From positions 1 through 64,000 of IMG/VR virus record IMGVR_UViG_3300001525_000584: a DNA stretch of 64,000 nucleotides, one strand, 5' to 3'. The DNA is from a virus (lineage: Duplodnaviria; Caudoviricetes). Below, piece after piece: positions 6,881-16,642 of this stretch. The notes below the pieces were generated by a model that had not been told where the DNA came from, ran no database searches, and was given only the letters and a program-made list of their open reading frames with translations. Positions within the stretch are counted from its first letter, which is position 1, and the number at the start of each line of letters is the position of its first letter. The translations under genes and the position numbers were made by a program.

Positions 6881-7807
6881 TTAGCGTTTGTTACCCAAAT
6901 TAATTAACTGCAAAGTGATATATTCTACAAATTTTCTGTTATTTTCTCTGTTCTCAGATTTGAAGGATAATTCACCATTTTTTAATCTATAATCTAAGCC
7001 TGTTATAAACTCATACATGTTTATTAACTGTTCATTTGTATATATACCTTTATTTTTACTAATAACATAAAACTGGCCTGGTTTCATATTTAAAGAAGTC
7101 GCAGTACTTCGAGGATCCATCTGAATGTCTATTAACGATCTTAGTTGTTTTGAAAAAATCGTAATAAGCCCAGGACCTTCTATATCTATATACTTTAAAT
7201 CACTTAGTACGGCATGCACGACATTATAGTCTTTTTGCATTATAGCATTTGTAAAATTAAAAATGCCTAGGTTATTTAAATCAGAAAAAGCGTTATCATC
7301 ATCTAGTTCTTTAAAGATGATTTTTTGCATAGGCGGATCGAAAACGCCTATTTTGTTACATTCATTTTCTAATCTATAAATATCATATTTAGATATATCA
7401 CATAACCACTTTACCTGATCAGCATCTAGCCCGGGCAGTCTATATTTTACATAATCTTCAACCATCCAGGGTTGTTGTTTCATGACCTCAGTATAGTCAA
7501 CATCTAATTTATCAGGAACTTTTTTACATATGACTATTAAATTATACATATAAGGTGTTACATTTTCTTCTAATTTTTCTACATCTAATACATACAAATA
7601 ATTAGAAGAACTAAAAACATCATCTACAACCATAGTATCAGGTAACTCTGTAACACTATTTATATGCAAAATCTGGAGCTGCTTAATTTTTGCAATTTCG
7701 TGCGTATACTGCCAGCATATAAAACTATTATCATCGTACTTAAAGATAATAGGATCATTAGGCACGGTATTAGATAAAATTAAATTTTTTAGTTGCTTTA
7801 AATCCAT
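6881..7807 (-). CDS. holA: DNA polymerase III delta-like clamp-loader subunit
   Basis: RLENECNKI and IFNFTNAI segments typical of delta; third gene of the clamp-loader cluster. Confidence 0.65.
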   Translation of the reverse strand: MDLKQLKNLILSNTVPNDPIIFKYDDNSFICWQYTHEIAKIKQLQILHINSVTELPDTMVVDDVFSSSNYLYVLDVEKLEENVTPYMYNLIVICKKVPDKLDVDYTEVMKQQPWMVEDYVKYRLPGLDADQVKWLCDISKYDIYRLENECNKIGVFDPPMQKIIFKELDDDNAFSDLNNLGIFNFTNAIMQKDYNVVHAVLSDLKYIDIEGPGLITIFSKQLRSLIDIQMDPRSTATSLNMKPGQFYVISKNKGIYTNEQLINMYEFITGLDYRLKNGELSFKSENRENNRKFVEYITLQLINLGNKR

Positions 7808-7808
7808 T

Positions 7809-8603
7809 TTACCTCATACTCCTCGATGTTTTCCACAAAAGCGTTAAAAGATGGTTCATAAAATGTTCTTTGTTTAAACGTGTATCTTTTAATCTCTGTT
7901 GCTGTTCCTGAGTAACTCTATATAGCTCATATCCTGTGTTTGTCTTCAAAAAGTGCTCATATAAAGTATCTGTTAAAAGATTCATAAAAGCATATAAGTC
8001 AAATTTGTCATACTCATCTTTAAAGTTTATTTTATTAGATATAGATAAAGTATTAGGAAAACTAGCCTGAGATAACTTTTCAGACATTTTAATACATACA
8101 TTTCGCATGTCTTCTAAAGTATCCATATTCATGCTTTTTATTTGTCCAGGAGTTCGGGCAACTTTTAATAACAGATCTTTATTTACATCTGATGTTATAA
8201 ATGTTTGCAACTCTTCTACTGTATAGAGATCCATATAAAAAAGAATGCATCTATTTTCTATAGTTCGCAAAACATTAAAAGTATTTTCTGCTAGTAAAAT
8301 AACAAAAGCATTATTTAGAGGCTCTTCAACAAATTTTAATAAAGTATTCTGAGCAGCTTCAGTTATTTGCGATAAGTCAACTATATATACATTAGGATTA
8401 GGGTTTCTGTAAATAGCATCTATAAGTTCATCCGATACATTAGAAGATATATCTGTTAAAGGTAACTTTAATATATCAGATGCTATATAATTAGAGATAA
8501 GATGTTTTCCGGAACCTTTTTCTCCTAAAAGCAAAACAGAATGCGGAAAAGTATCTATGGTAAATGTATTCAGTTTATTTAATAAAACTTTTTGACCCAC
8601 CAT
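7809..8603 (-). CDS. holB: DNA polymerase III delta-prime-like subunit
   Basis: GEKGSGK, AAQNTLLKFVEEP, TIENRC. Confidence 0.8.
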   Translation of the reverse strand: MVGQKVLLNKLNTFTIDTFPHSVLLLGEKGSGKHLISNYIASDILKLPLTDISSNVSDELIDAIYRNPNPNVYIVDLSQITEAAQNTLLKFVEEPLNNAFVILLAENTFNVLRTIENRCILFYMDLYTVEELQTFITSDVNKDLLLKVARTPGQIKSMNMDTLEDMRNVCIKMSEKLSQASFPNTLSISNKINFKDEYDKFDLYAFMNLLTDTLYEHFLKTNTGYELYRVTQEQQQRLKDTRLNKEHFMNHLLTLLWKTSRSMR

Positions 8604-8606
8604 AAA

Positions 8607-9626
8607 TTATACACCTCTGCAAATTCTGATTAACATCGCTTCTATAGTGATTTTTGGATTTAAATCATATTTTACGGTTGTTTTAATATTTAAAATTTTA
8701 TCTACTAAATCATTTGAAAAAGATAAAATGTCGGGTACGTTTGAATATCCTTCACAACGAGGCATTAAACTGCCAGGTATTTTAACCATTTGCATATCTT
8801 TAAATAAACAAAATTTAGTTAAATCCAAACAAAATTCGAGATATGAATCCAAAAAGACTTTTAAATCGCTGCCGGCATTATAATAATTTTCTATACACTC
8901 TAATACAAAAGCTTCATCCCTATTTAGAATAGCACCTGTTAAATCAAACATGCTATCGTAACTTAAATTGCCCAGACATGTCAAAACATTTTCGATACTT
9001 AGATCTGTATTATATGCTGCACACTTCTCTAAGTATGCGATAGAATCTCTGACACCTCCTGCACCCAACTTTGCTAAGTAGTCGCAAGCTTCGTCATAAT
9101 TAGTAAAGCCTTCGTTCTGACAAATATACTTTAAACGATCTCTGATAAGTCCTGTATCCACCTTCGATAAATTGAAGCGCATCATTCTATTTAGAATAGC
9201 TTCAGGGATCTTTTCCGGATTAGTGGTGCAGAACATAAATATCGTATACTGCGGCGGTTCCTCTAAACACTTTAGAAAAGCACTCCAGGCAGCACTCGTA
9301 ATAGCATGACACTCGTCTATAATATAAATTTTATATTCAGAGTCGATGCTTCTGTTCTTTGCATCTTCTATAATCTCACGCACTGCATCTACACCGTTAT
9401 GCGATGCGCCATCGATCTCATAAGGAGTACCTCTGCCTCCATTTATCTGATAAGCCAAAGCTTTACTAATAGTAGTTTTACCATCACCACTAGGCCCTGC
9501 AAATAGATAGCAGTTACTGATTTTACCTCTTTTCAACTGCTCTTTTAAAGTCTTAATAACAGTTTTCTGACCTAACATAGAATCAAAATCTTTAGGTCTA
9601 TACTGTACTGCTAACGATTTACCCAC
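8607..9626 (-). CDS. dnaX: DNA polymerase III gamma/tau clamp-loader ATPase (gamma length)
   Basis: YRPKDF, GPSGDGKTT, EIDGAS, IIDECH, LKCLEEPP. Confidence 0.92.
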   Translation of the reverse strand: MGKSLAVQYRPKDFDSMLGQKTVIKTLKEQLKRGKISNCYLFAGPSGDGKTTISKALAYQINGGRGTPYEIDGASHNGVDAVREIIEDAKNRSIDSEYKIYIIDECHAITSAAWSAFLKCLEEPPQYTIFMFCTTNPEKIPEAILNRMMRFNLSKVDTGLIRDRLKYICQNEGFTNYDEACDYLAKLGAGGVRDSIAYLEKCAAYNTDLSIENVLTCLGNLSYDSMFDLTGAILNRDEAFVLECIENYYNAGSDLKVFLDSYLEFCLDLTKFCLFKDMQMVKIPGSLMPRCEGYSNVPDILSFSNDLVDKILNIKTTVKYDLNPKITIEAMLIRICRGV

Positions 9627-9640
9627 GTATTTTCATCTCC

Positions 9641-9994
9641 TCATACTTTACTCAAAATATCTATATTATCTATTTGCAACCAACCAGACCAAAAACTATT
9701 TAATACAACTTTATTATTTATATCATATCCCACGCCGACAACTTTTATCATATTAGGCATTATTTTACTGACTTCTGCCTTCATATAACGCTCTGTAGGC
9801 GCTTTATTGCCGTTCCAGTTTATATTTATGGGGTTGGTAAAGGCCTGAGGTTTTAACGCGATTATATAGCAGTTATCCTCTTCTATTTTAATACTTTTTC
9901 TTTGTGGTATGTGATAAGTATTAGTTGCTGCGTCAAAATTAGATAAATCAGCCTCAGTAACCTTTTTTAACTGCTCTTCTATAACTTTACTCAT
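9641..9994 (-). CDS. hypothetical protein
   Basis: Translationally coupled ORF. Confidence 0.6.
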   Translation of the reverse strand: MSKVIEEQLKKVTEADLSNFDAATNTYHIPQRKSIKIEEDNCYIIALKPQAFTNPININWNGNKAPTERYMKAEVSKIMPNMIKVVGVGYDINNKVVLNSFWSGWLQIDNIDILSKV

Positions 9995-10626
9995 TTTACG
10001 GCACTGTCTTTTTCGTTAATAAAAGTACTTAGAAAATCTGCGGTATGCAACAAAGTTAATAGAGGGTATTTATTTAGATGCGCGCTCAGATCTCTAAACT
10101 GGCATTCATCATTCATGCCGCAGTGATGGTGCATGACTGCAATAGTTTCCTCTAAGGTTAGTGGAACAAAAGTACCGAGCATCAGTGCAGAAGCTTCCTC
10201 ATGTGTACCTAAAAGAGAACGTTCGGTTGCATCCTTTACTCTATAAGTTTCTTGTGAAACCCAATCAAAGTTACCCATATTATCATGTTTACTGCCGTTT
10301 TCATTATAGACTTTTTTATTAATCATAGTCTTTTCATAATAATTTGCCTTCGAAATATCATGCATTAGGGATACTACAGCTAAAGTGTCGGGCGTATACT
10401 GCCCCGGACAGTAAATAGAGGCAAGTTGCATAATATTATTATATACATTCAAACTATGTTGACAAAGTCCTCCATCATAATTCGAATGATACATAGTGGA
10501 TGCAGGTGCAATATAAAAGTCGCTATTATCTAGCCAGTTCAAAAGTCCCTGAATATCAGCACCTTCGATTTGCACCTGAGATAAAATGGTTATGACCCGG
10601 TTTCTATTTTCTTCAATAGTTGGCAT
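9991..10626 (-). CDS. HD-domain phosphohydrolase (YhaM-like HD)
   Basis: APAS..YH...GGL..HS, MHDISK, HHH, LHTAD; start moved to MPTIEE at 10626. Confidence 0.85.
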   Translation of the reverse strand: MPTIEENRNRVITILSQVQIEGADIQGLLNWLDNSDFYIAPASTMYHSNYDGGLCQHSLNVYNNIMQLASIYCPGQYTPDTLAVVSLMHDISKANYYEKTMINKKVYNENGSKHDNMGNFDWVSQETYRVKDATERSLLGTHEEASALMLGTFVPLTLEETIAVMHHHCGMNDECQFRDLSAHLNKYPLLTLLHTADFLSTFINEKDSAVK

Positions 10627-10672
10627 GTTCTTATACCTCTTTTCTTCACTTCTATACATATAATAATACAAT

Positions 10673-10702
10673 AGAAAAGAGCCTGATATAACATCAGACT
10701 CT
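10673..10702 (-). terminator. intrinsic terminator closing the NAD operon
   Basis: AGAGTCTGAT-GTTAT-ATCAGGCTCT then TTTCT. Confidence 0.65.
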
Positions 10703-10717
10703 AAAATAGTAAAAATT

Positions 10718-11458
10718 TTACTTTTTGAATTTAGGCATAGGCTCCAGCTTGTGAAGATTTTTAATATGCCTGTCCTCAATATTTTTAAGTGTTTGTTCTT
10801 CAGGTTCAACACCAAACAAAAGATAATTATCCAATTCACTATAAGTGAATCCGAGATTTTCTTCATCTGTTTTTCCTGATAAACCATCTTCAGGAACCTT
10901 TTCAACAAATTCTTCAGGTACTTTTAACTCTTTTCCGATTTGCTTTACTTCTGAAACTGTTAAATCAGATAAGGGTGAAAAATCTCCAGCCGCATCGCCA
11001 AACTTCGTTGCATAGCCAACATAATCTTCGGATTTGTTGCAAGTATTTACAACACGTGCATCGCCTAAAGCTGCTGCGATACCATAAAGAATAGTCATGC
11101 GGAGACGTGCAGGTGTATTAGATGTATATACAGGAGCTTTATTAATAGGTAAAGCTGTTGTAAAAATCAGCGTGTCCGTAAGGGTTTCATACAGATATTT
11201 AATATCAATCTCGTAGGATTTAGTACCTAGATAATCACAGACAGCCCTGGCTGTTCTGAGATCATGCTGGTTACCCTGAGGCATTCTTACACAAATCACT
11301 CTATTTGCGCCTACGGCTTCTACGCAGATCTTTGCTGCAATAGTCGAATCTTTACCGCCTGAGATACCGATCACAGCTACAGTGTCTCCACCAAAACTGT
11401 TCAGATATTCACGCACCCATTCTACTACTCGGGCGCTTAACTTTTTCTTTGCTGCCAT
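10718..11458 (-). CDS. nadE: NH3-dependent NAD+ synthetase
   Basis: ISGGKDS PP-loop, ARLRM, NKSE..VGYATKFGD, PEDGL..TDE. Confidence 0.93.
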   Translation of the reverse strand: MAAKKKLSARVVEWVREYLNSFGGDTVAVIGISGGKDSTIAAKICVEAVGANRVICVRMPQGNQHDLRTARAVCDYLGTKSYEIDIKYLYETLTDTLIFTTALPINKAPVYTSNTPARLRMTILYGIAAALGDARVVNTCNKSEDYVGYATKFGDAAGDFSPLSDLTVSEVKQIGKELKVPEEFVEKVPEDGLSGKTDEENLGFTYSELDNYLLFGVEPEEQTLKNIEDRHIKNLHKLEPMPKFKK

Positions 11459-11476
11459 AAATTAATTTTCTCCTTT

Positions 11477-12022
11477 TTACAAATCACTTCTGCTTACATT
11501 TATTTGACATGACTTCATAACCTCTAAAGCGGCTTTATGTTTTTCCTGTGTACTGCCCGCACAAAGATCTTCATATACGACGATATCCGCTCTAGGAAAA
11601 CGTGTCTTCAAAAGCAAAGCATTTGTAACAACACAGATATCTGTACAAGTACCTACTAAAACGATCTTATTTGGATCAGTGCCAAAAACCTGTTCTAAGT
11701 ACGGATCATCCCAGTTTGCCCCAAACGTATTTTTCTTTACTGTAATGCCTAAAGTCTCTGTTTTAAGCGTGCGATACAAAGATTCATCGATACACCAGCC
11801 CACAGTCCCTTCTATACAGTGTGGGACCGGAAGCTTACATCCTTCAGGAGTATTCAAATAATTATAAGAATGTGTGTCCTGAGTCATAATTATCGAGGTC
11901 CAGTCCGCGCTTTTCATCAAATTTCTAATCTTAGGTACCAAAGCTAAAGCATCAGGATTAGCCAAAGAACCTGTTAAAAAATCATTTTGCATATCAACAA
12001 CGATCAAAATGCTGTCTGCCAT
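11477..12022 (-). CDS. pncA: nicotinamidase (isochorismatase family)
   Basis: VVDMQNDF, TQDTH, PHC..GT.G, K, GTCTDICV (Asp-Lys-Cys triad). Confidence 0.88.
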   Translation of the reverse strand: MADSILIVVDMQNDFLTGSLANPDALALVPKIRNLMKSADWTSIIMTQDTHSYNYLNTPEGCKLPVPHCIEGTVGWCIDESLYRTLKTETLGITVKKNTFGANWDDPYLEQVFGTDPNKIVLVGTCTDICVVTNALLLKTRFPRADIVVYEDLCAGSTQEKHKAALEVMKSCQINVSRSDL

Positions 12023-12603
12023 TCTTTATTCACCTCCAAAATAGTAGCACGCATAGAATTATAATCAGGATATAGTGAGCGATCAACCAAAGCCTGAAAA
12101 GTATCTACATCATCTTTTAATAGAGCTTCTCTAACAGCGGTTGCCGAGATATCTGGGATATTCTTACTAAGGCCTCTGCGGCTAATACTTAAAATATCTA
12201 TACCTGATAACATCTCAGGAGTAAACCAGGAACTTCTAATGTTTTCTGAACCGGAAACCAATAGATCAGGGTATCTGTCGAAGTCTCTTTTAACCTGATC
12301 TAGATAATATTTTCCCCAGTCAGTATCATCAGAGATGGTTGCTCGATCACTAAGAGCTCCCACAAACAAAGAACTATCAGTATTGCCGGCTAAGTTGCCT
12401 GCATAAGGACCTAAGGCTGCTAAAATCATATCTCTGCGCGCATAATAAGTAAAGGGATTTTTTGGGGTACCTGATTTATTTGCCGAGCCTATATATACTA
12501 CGACATTCTCAGCCACATCCAAGGCTTTTTGAATCATGTATATATGCCCTTTATGCAGGGGCTGAAAACGTCCACATATGGCGGCCAACTTATATTTACT
12601 CAT
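12004..12603 (-). CDS. nadM: NMN/NaMN adenylyltransferase (NadM-type)
   Basis: GRFQPLHKGH, IGSA, NPFT, ISATAVR. Confidence 0.85.
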   Translation of the reverse strand: MSKYKLAAICGRFQPLHKGHIYMIQKALDVAENVVVYIGSANKSGTPKNPFTYYARRDMILAALGPYAGNLAGNTDSSLFVGALSDRATISDDTDWGKYYLDQVKRDFDRYPDLLVSGSENIRSSWFTPEMLSGIDILSISRRGLSKNIPDISATAVREALLKDDVDTFQALVDRSLYPDYNSMRATILEVNKEWQTAF

Positions 12604-13804
12604 GAATGCCCTCCCGATTTAATCTAAAAGCTACCGAATCTCTTAGATATTTTTCATATGTTTCATCCTGGCACATGGTTTTACCAGGTTCATCAGACAA
12701 CTTCGCTACAGGTTTTCCATTTACATACTGCAATTTGATTACGATGTTAAGAGGTGTTGCCGCAGTATTATTAGATACATAAGTTCCGATGCCAAAAGAA
12801 ACCTTTGTACGTCCTCTAAAATAATTATAAAGTCTTTGTGCTTTATCAAAATTCAGGCTGTCTGAAAATAGAAGCGTTTTGGTCATGGGATCGATGCCAT
12901 ACTTTTTATACTGCTTAATAATCTTTTCGCCCCATACATAAGGATCGCCAGAGTCATGTCTGACCCCCGAATAGTTATTTGCATTAGCCCGATCAAAATC
13001 CAGAAGGAAAAGATCTGTACTTAGAGTATCTGTTAAAGCTGTTCCCAAATCTCCCTTATACTCATCGTACCAGTCCTGCAAAGCAAATTTATTAGTATAA
13101 GCAAGAGGTATAGAATCGATACCCTGATACATCTGTACATATTCATGTGCGTAAGTTCCAATAGGCGTTAATTTATACTTCTTCGCAAGATATACATTAG
13201 ATGTGCCGACTAGGTTATTCGGGATATTTTCTGCAAGAGTCTTTACAACAAAATCCTCCCAGTCCCTGCTGAGTCTTCTACGGCAACCAAACTCTGCAAA
13301 TTTAAAATCATAAGTATGATCTTTGAATTTGGTCAAATTCTCTGCTAATTTTTCTCTTGCGGAATTTTCCAAATAAGCATATTCATAAGTCGGATGCATT
13401 CTAAAATAAACTTCATTTACGATCTCGAGCAGATAAATCTCAAACTGCATACAACTAAAGAGTGGCCCTTTTACATGAATAATAAGCTCGTCACCAACAC
13501 AATCTACATTTACATAATCTCTAATAGGATGCCACAGGCGAAGAAACTCTACGAAGTCGTTTTTAATAAAACGAATGCTTCTTAAATAATCAAGTTCTTC
13601 TTCAGTAAAAGTCAGCGTGCAGAGGTGATCCACCTGTGCCTCAATTTCACGAAACTGAAGATAAGTAAATTTCACATCTTTATTACGACATTTAAAAATA
13701 TATTCGCCACAAAGATCAGTATGCTTATGGAAAATAGTCTGATTCATAGTCAACTTATAAAAGTCTGTGTCCAGTAACGAATTAATAATAGGATCGAGTT
13801 TCAT
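12596..13804 (-). CDS. pncB: nicotinate phosphoribosyltransferase
   Basis: LLDTDFYK, EFGCRRR, GTSN, GTYAHE, RHDSGDP, FSDSL, FGIGT, KLSD. Confidence 0.93.
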   Translation of the reverse strand: MKLDPIINSLLDTDFYKLTMNQTIFHKHTDLCGEYIFKCRNKDVKFTYLQFREIEAQVDHLCTLTFTEEELDYLRSIRFIKNDFVEFLRLWHPIRDYVNVDCVGDELIIHVKGPLFSCMQFEIYLLEIVNEVYFRMHPTYEYAYLENSAREKLAENLTKFKDHTYDFKFAEFGCRRRLSRDWEDFVVKTLAENIPNNLVGTSNVYLAKKYKLTPIGTYAHEYVQMYQGIDSIPLAYTNKFALQDWYDEYKGDLGTALTDTLSTDLFLLDFDRANANNYSGVRHDSGDPYVWGEKIIKQYKKYGIDPMTKTLLFSDSLNFDKAQRLYNYFRGRTKVSFGIGTYVSNNTAATPLNIVIKLQYVNGKPVAKLSDEPGKTMCQDETYEKYLRDSVAFRLNREGIHE

Positions 13805-13836
13805 TTTAAAAAATTCTCCTCTTCATGTTCTGTTTA

Positions 13837-13846
13837 TATATACAAT
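13837..13846 (-). promoter_or_regulatory. AWTGTATAWT-type promoter motif upstream of pncB
   Basis: ATTGTATATA between the upstream terminator and the GAGGAG RBS; the motif recurs before most left-arm transcription units. Confidence 0.55.
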
Positions 13847-13872
13847 AAAAAGACCCTGATTAGAGGGTCTTT
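13847..13872 (-). terminator. intrinsic terminator upstream of the NAD operon
   Basis: AGACCCT/AGGGTCT hairpin with T-tract. Confidence 0.65.
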
Positions 13873-14275
13873 ACGAACTTTTTTGTTCTAAATATTCGAG
13901 AAGCGTTTTAAAAAGATATTCGTCTATAATATAATGATTTTCATTATAAGGTTCATCAGGGCCGAAATTAATGACCAAAGCTGTGTGAGCTTTTCCCATC
14001 TCAGAAGCTTCGTAACGATTTTTTTCAAACCATTCTCTTTTTATAGATATAGATTCAGAATTAGTGGTTTTTGTTTTCGCTTCTATTAAAAAGCTCGAAT
14101 CGTAAGAGCCGCCATTTGTTAATACATCGCCTTTTATAGATGCTGCGCCGCTATTAGGCGTTCTTTTTCCGCCAACAGCTTCGGCGATACTTTTCTCCTG
14201 TTTTGAAGAAAAGTATCTCGTAGGCTGTTTTTCTGATTCACCTTCTTTAATTCTCTTTTTTACTCCGAGAGCCAT
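13871..14275 (-). CDS. PD-(D/E)xK Holliday-junction-resolvase-like nuclease
   Basis: QE, SGA..KGDV, IEAKT. Confidence 0.7.
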   Translation of the reverse strand: MALGVKKRIKEGESEKQPTRYFSSKQEKSIAEAVGGKRTPNSGAASIKGDVLTNGGSYDSSFLIEAKTKTTNSESISIKREWFEKNRYEASEMGKAHTALVINFGPDEPYNENHYIIDEYLFKTLLEYLEQKSS

Positions 14276-15441
14276 TATTCAACACTCTTATCTACAGCAT
14301 ACTGATTATCAACCGCACGCTGCTGCGCATCGATCTCCGCATTAATACGATCATCCAAAATGTTGCCATAGTTATTATCCTCATTCGAGATAACTCTATT
14401 TAACATAGCCAGGTATGTTGCCTGAAAACCTGGATTGCCTTTAATATAAGCTAAAAGATCATTTTTACGTCCTGTTAAGTCGTTGCCCTCTTCATCTTTA
14501 TATGCTTCTCCTGTTTCCAGGTTAATTAGAGAATATGTAACATTATTAAGACGCTTAATAAAACCAAAGCCTAAAGCGATCTCTAACAAATCATTAATCC
14601 AGTCTAAACCGGTTTCATATCTAAAGGTTAAAAATCCACCACCACGGTTGCATGCGCCGCATTTATTCTTTAGAATTTTAAAATGCAGTCTGAAGCCATC
14701 GGCACCTTCACCATTCTTCTGTCCGCACGCATCCATATCATCCCCTAAAGTAAATTTACGTGTTCCGAAGCGTACGATAATAGAAGAATAATATGCAGGA
14801 GCTGCGCCACAAGGCTCCTTAAACTTCTGGATACCCGTAAATGTTTTACCATCGTCACGCACCTGGTTAATGCCGATGAATAAATTATTTTTATTAGAAA
14901 CCATAGCAGCCATCTGTGCATAAAAAGGATATAGAGGCTTAGCCATAGAAGCACGCATGCCCGAGTCTTTAGTCAAATCATTTTCCATGACGATCTCAGG
15001 TACCAAAGCCGGCAAAGAATCGAGAACAATAACTCCGATATCATCCTGATCCTGCATCTCTAAAATCATCTGTAAAATCTGCTGACCGGACTGCCCATCC
15101 GGATTAACATAATAAAGAGTGTTTAAGTCTAATCCAGTCATTTTTGCCTGAAACCGTAAATCCAGAGAATGCTCTACATCGATATATACACAGGCTTTTT
15201 CAGGATATCGTCTTTGATATGCTGCAACTACTGCACAGGCTGCCGTTGTTTTACCTGAATGTTGCAAGCCTGAAAACTCAATAAGTCTGCCTAGAGGAAT
15301 ACCTCCAGCTAAAGGATAATCCAAACCTAAAGCATTAGTAGCCAAACGTTCATAATTAGGACGAATGTTACTAGTAGTCATTAAATTAGGATCTTTAAAT
15401 TCTTTACAAATTTTTGCTGCGTATTGCGCTATAGTACCCAT
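14275..15441 (-). CDS. recA: RecA/UvsX recombinase
   Basis: GGIPLGR, Walker A GLQHSGKTT, YIDVEHSLD, VLDSL, INQVR, KNK. Confidence 0.93.
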   Translation of the reverse strand: MGTIAQYAAKICKEFKDPNLMTTSNIRPNYERLATNALGLDYPLAGGIPLGRLIEFSGLQHSGKTTAACAVVAAYQRRYPEKACVYIDVEHSLDLRFQAKMTGLDLNTLYYVNPDGQSGQQILQMILEMQDQDDIGVIVLDSLPALVPEIVMENDLTKDSGMRASMAKPLYPFYAQMAAMVSNKNNLFIGINQVRDDGKTFTGIQKFKEPCGAAPAYYSSIIVRFGTRKFTLGDDMDACGQKNGEGADGFRLHFKILKNKCGACNRGGGFLTFRYETGLDWINDLLEIALGFGFIKRLNNVTYSLINLETGEAYKDEEGNDLTGRKNDLLAYIKGNPGFQATYLAMLNRVISNEDNNYGNILDDRINAEIDAQQRAVDNQYAVDKSVE

Positions 15442-15451
15442 GCATATCTCC

Positions 15452-15943
15452 TTATTCGATAGATGTACCTAAATTCATGAACTTAGCCTCTTGCATGCGA
15501 GACATTAAAATACTCTTTAATGAATCGACCAGTCTAAAGCCTCCATCCAGTTTCGTTTTTAAAGAACTAGCTACTAATTCATAAAGTGCTTCTACAATAA
15601 TCTCTTCAGAAGAAGCTAAAGTAGCTTTAGTATCTTTAATATTTACAGTGCCTTCAGCCTCGAGCAACGCTGAAGAATATTTTTCTTTTCTTAGAGCCTC
15701 AGATAAATTACTCTTCATAGCTGCCTTATCCTTAGGTTCACTAAGTTCATAACAACGAAGCTGTAGACGAATAATATAATCTCTAATAGCTTCTATAGGC
15801 ATATTAGCAGAGTTATCCCTGATCTCCTGTACTAAATCATCCATAGGCTTCGTGATGGGCGCCAACATGCTATTCGCAATTTCTACCACGTCCTGATATG
15901 TCAGCTCAACATTTTCTAAAGCCTTTGTTAAATCTTTTGCCAC
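15452..15943 (-). CDS. helical hypothetical protein (possible UvsY-like mediator)
   Basis: Size, helical character and position next to recA; function inferred only. Confidence 0.45.
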   Translation of the reverse strand: MAKDLTKALENVELTYQDVVEIANSMLAPITKPMDDLVQEIRDNSANMPIEAIRDYIIRLQLRCYELSEPKDKAAMKSNLSEALRKEKYSSALLEAEGTVNIKDTKATLASSEEIIVEALYELVASSLKTKLDGGFRLVDSLKSILMSRMQEAKFMNLGTSIE

Positions 15944-15954
15944 GGTATCACCCC

Positions 15955-16161
15955 TTATTTTCTAAGTACTATAGTTATACAATTAGGCTCATTAGTATAA
16001 TGCTTTATATCATTTATGCTTATTTTAAATACTTCATAGTCTAATAGATCTGTTTTTAAAGCGTCTTTTTTAAAGGCAGAATCCAAAACAACATTCTGCA
16101 GATCTGTTATTTTTATAGGACAGTTAGCATCCACCATTCTTAATAGTTGAAAAAGTGTCAT
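15955..16161 (-). CDS. hypothetical protein
   Basis: In-operon ORF. Confidence 0.55.
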   Translation of the reverse strand: MTLFQLLRMVDANCPIKITDLQNVVLDSAFKKDALKTDLLDYEVFKISINDIKHYTNEPNCITIVLRK

Positions 16162-16165
16162 AAAA

Positions 16166-16642
16166 TCATTCTCCGTCCACTAAAGTTTTTAATACAGTAT
16201 AATCAGACTCCATAAAAATTCTTTTTTTAACGGAGGGTATAGGTAAAATTTTATAGGTGTTTTCTTTTAACATTTTAATATTAAAAGATTTGCAACCGTC
16301 ATTCATCATGGCTGTTACAGAACTGATGGGTAAATATATAACAGCGTCGTGATCCTGCATCCACAAAATAACGCCTGCGCGAACACCTTCTATACCCACA
16401 TATTTAGTTAACTTATCATACTGCGTTAGAGCAGTCCATGGAAAAGTGTTGCCTTTATGTGATTTACACTCTAATAAGTACAAATTCGGCTGTACATATC
16501 CTATGAAGTCACAGGGGTTTTGTGATGTTACTTTATAGCCTGATACCTGATCATAAAGTCTTAATAAAAAACTATGGGGGAAAGCTTTTGCCCAGTCTTC
16601 TTTAAACTTCGCTTCAAACTTTTTACCATTATTCAGCGCCAT
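16166..16642 (-). CDS. RecU-like Holliday junction resolvase
   Basis: GKKFE, PCDF, LECKS, LTQ. Confidence 0.75.
   Translation of the reverse strand: MALNNGKKFEAKFKEDWAKAFPHSFLLRLYDQVSGYKVTSQNPCDFIGYVQPNLYLLECKSHKGNTFPWTALTQYDKLTKYVGIEGVRAGVILWMQDHDAVIYLPISSVTAMMNDGCKSFNIKMLKENTYKILPIPSVKKRIFMESDYTVLKTLVDGE

Noticed and set aside
10627-10908. N-terminal extension of the HD protein in the ORF track
   Set aside because: It overlaps nadE, a terminator and a promoter motif; the start at 10626 fits better.
12596-13804. Nampt, i.e. the known NARP2 pathway
   Set aside because: The motifs (DTDFYK, EFGxRRR, GTxAHE) are PncB-type, and PncA plus NadE only make sense for the deamidating route.
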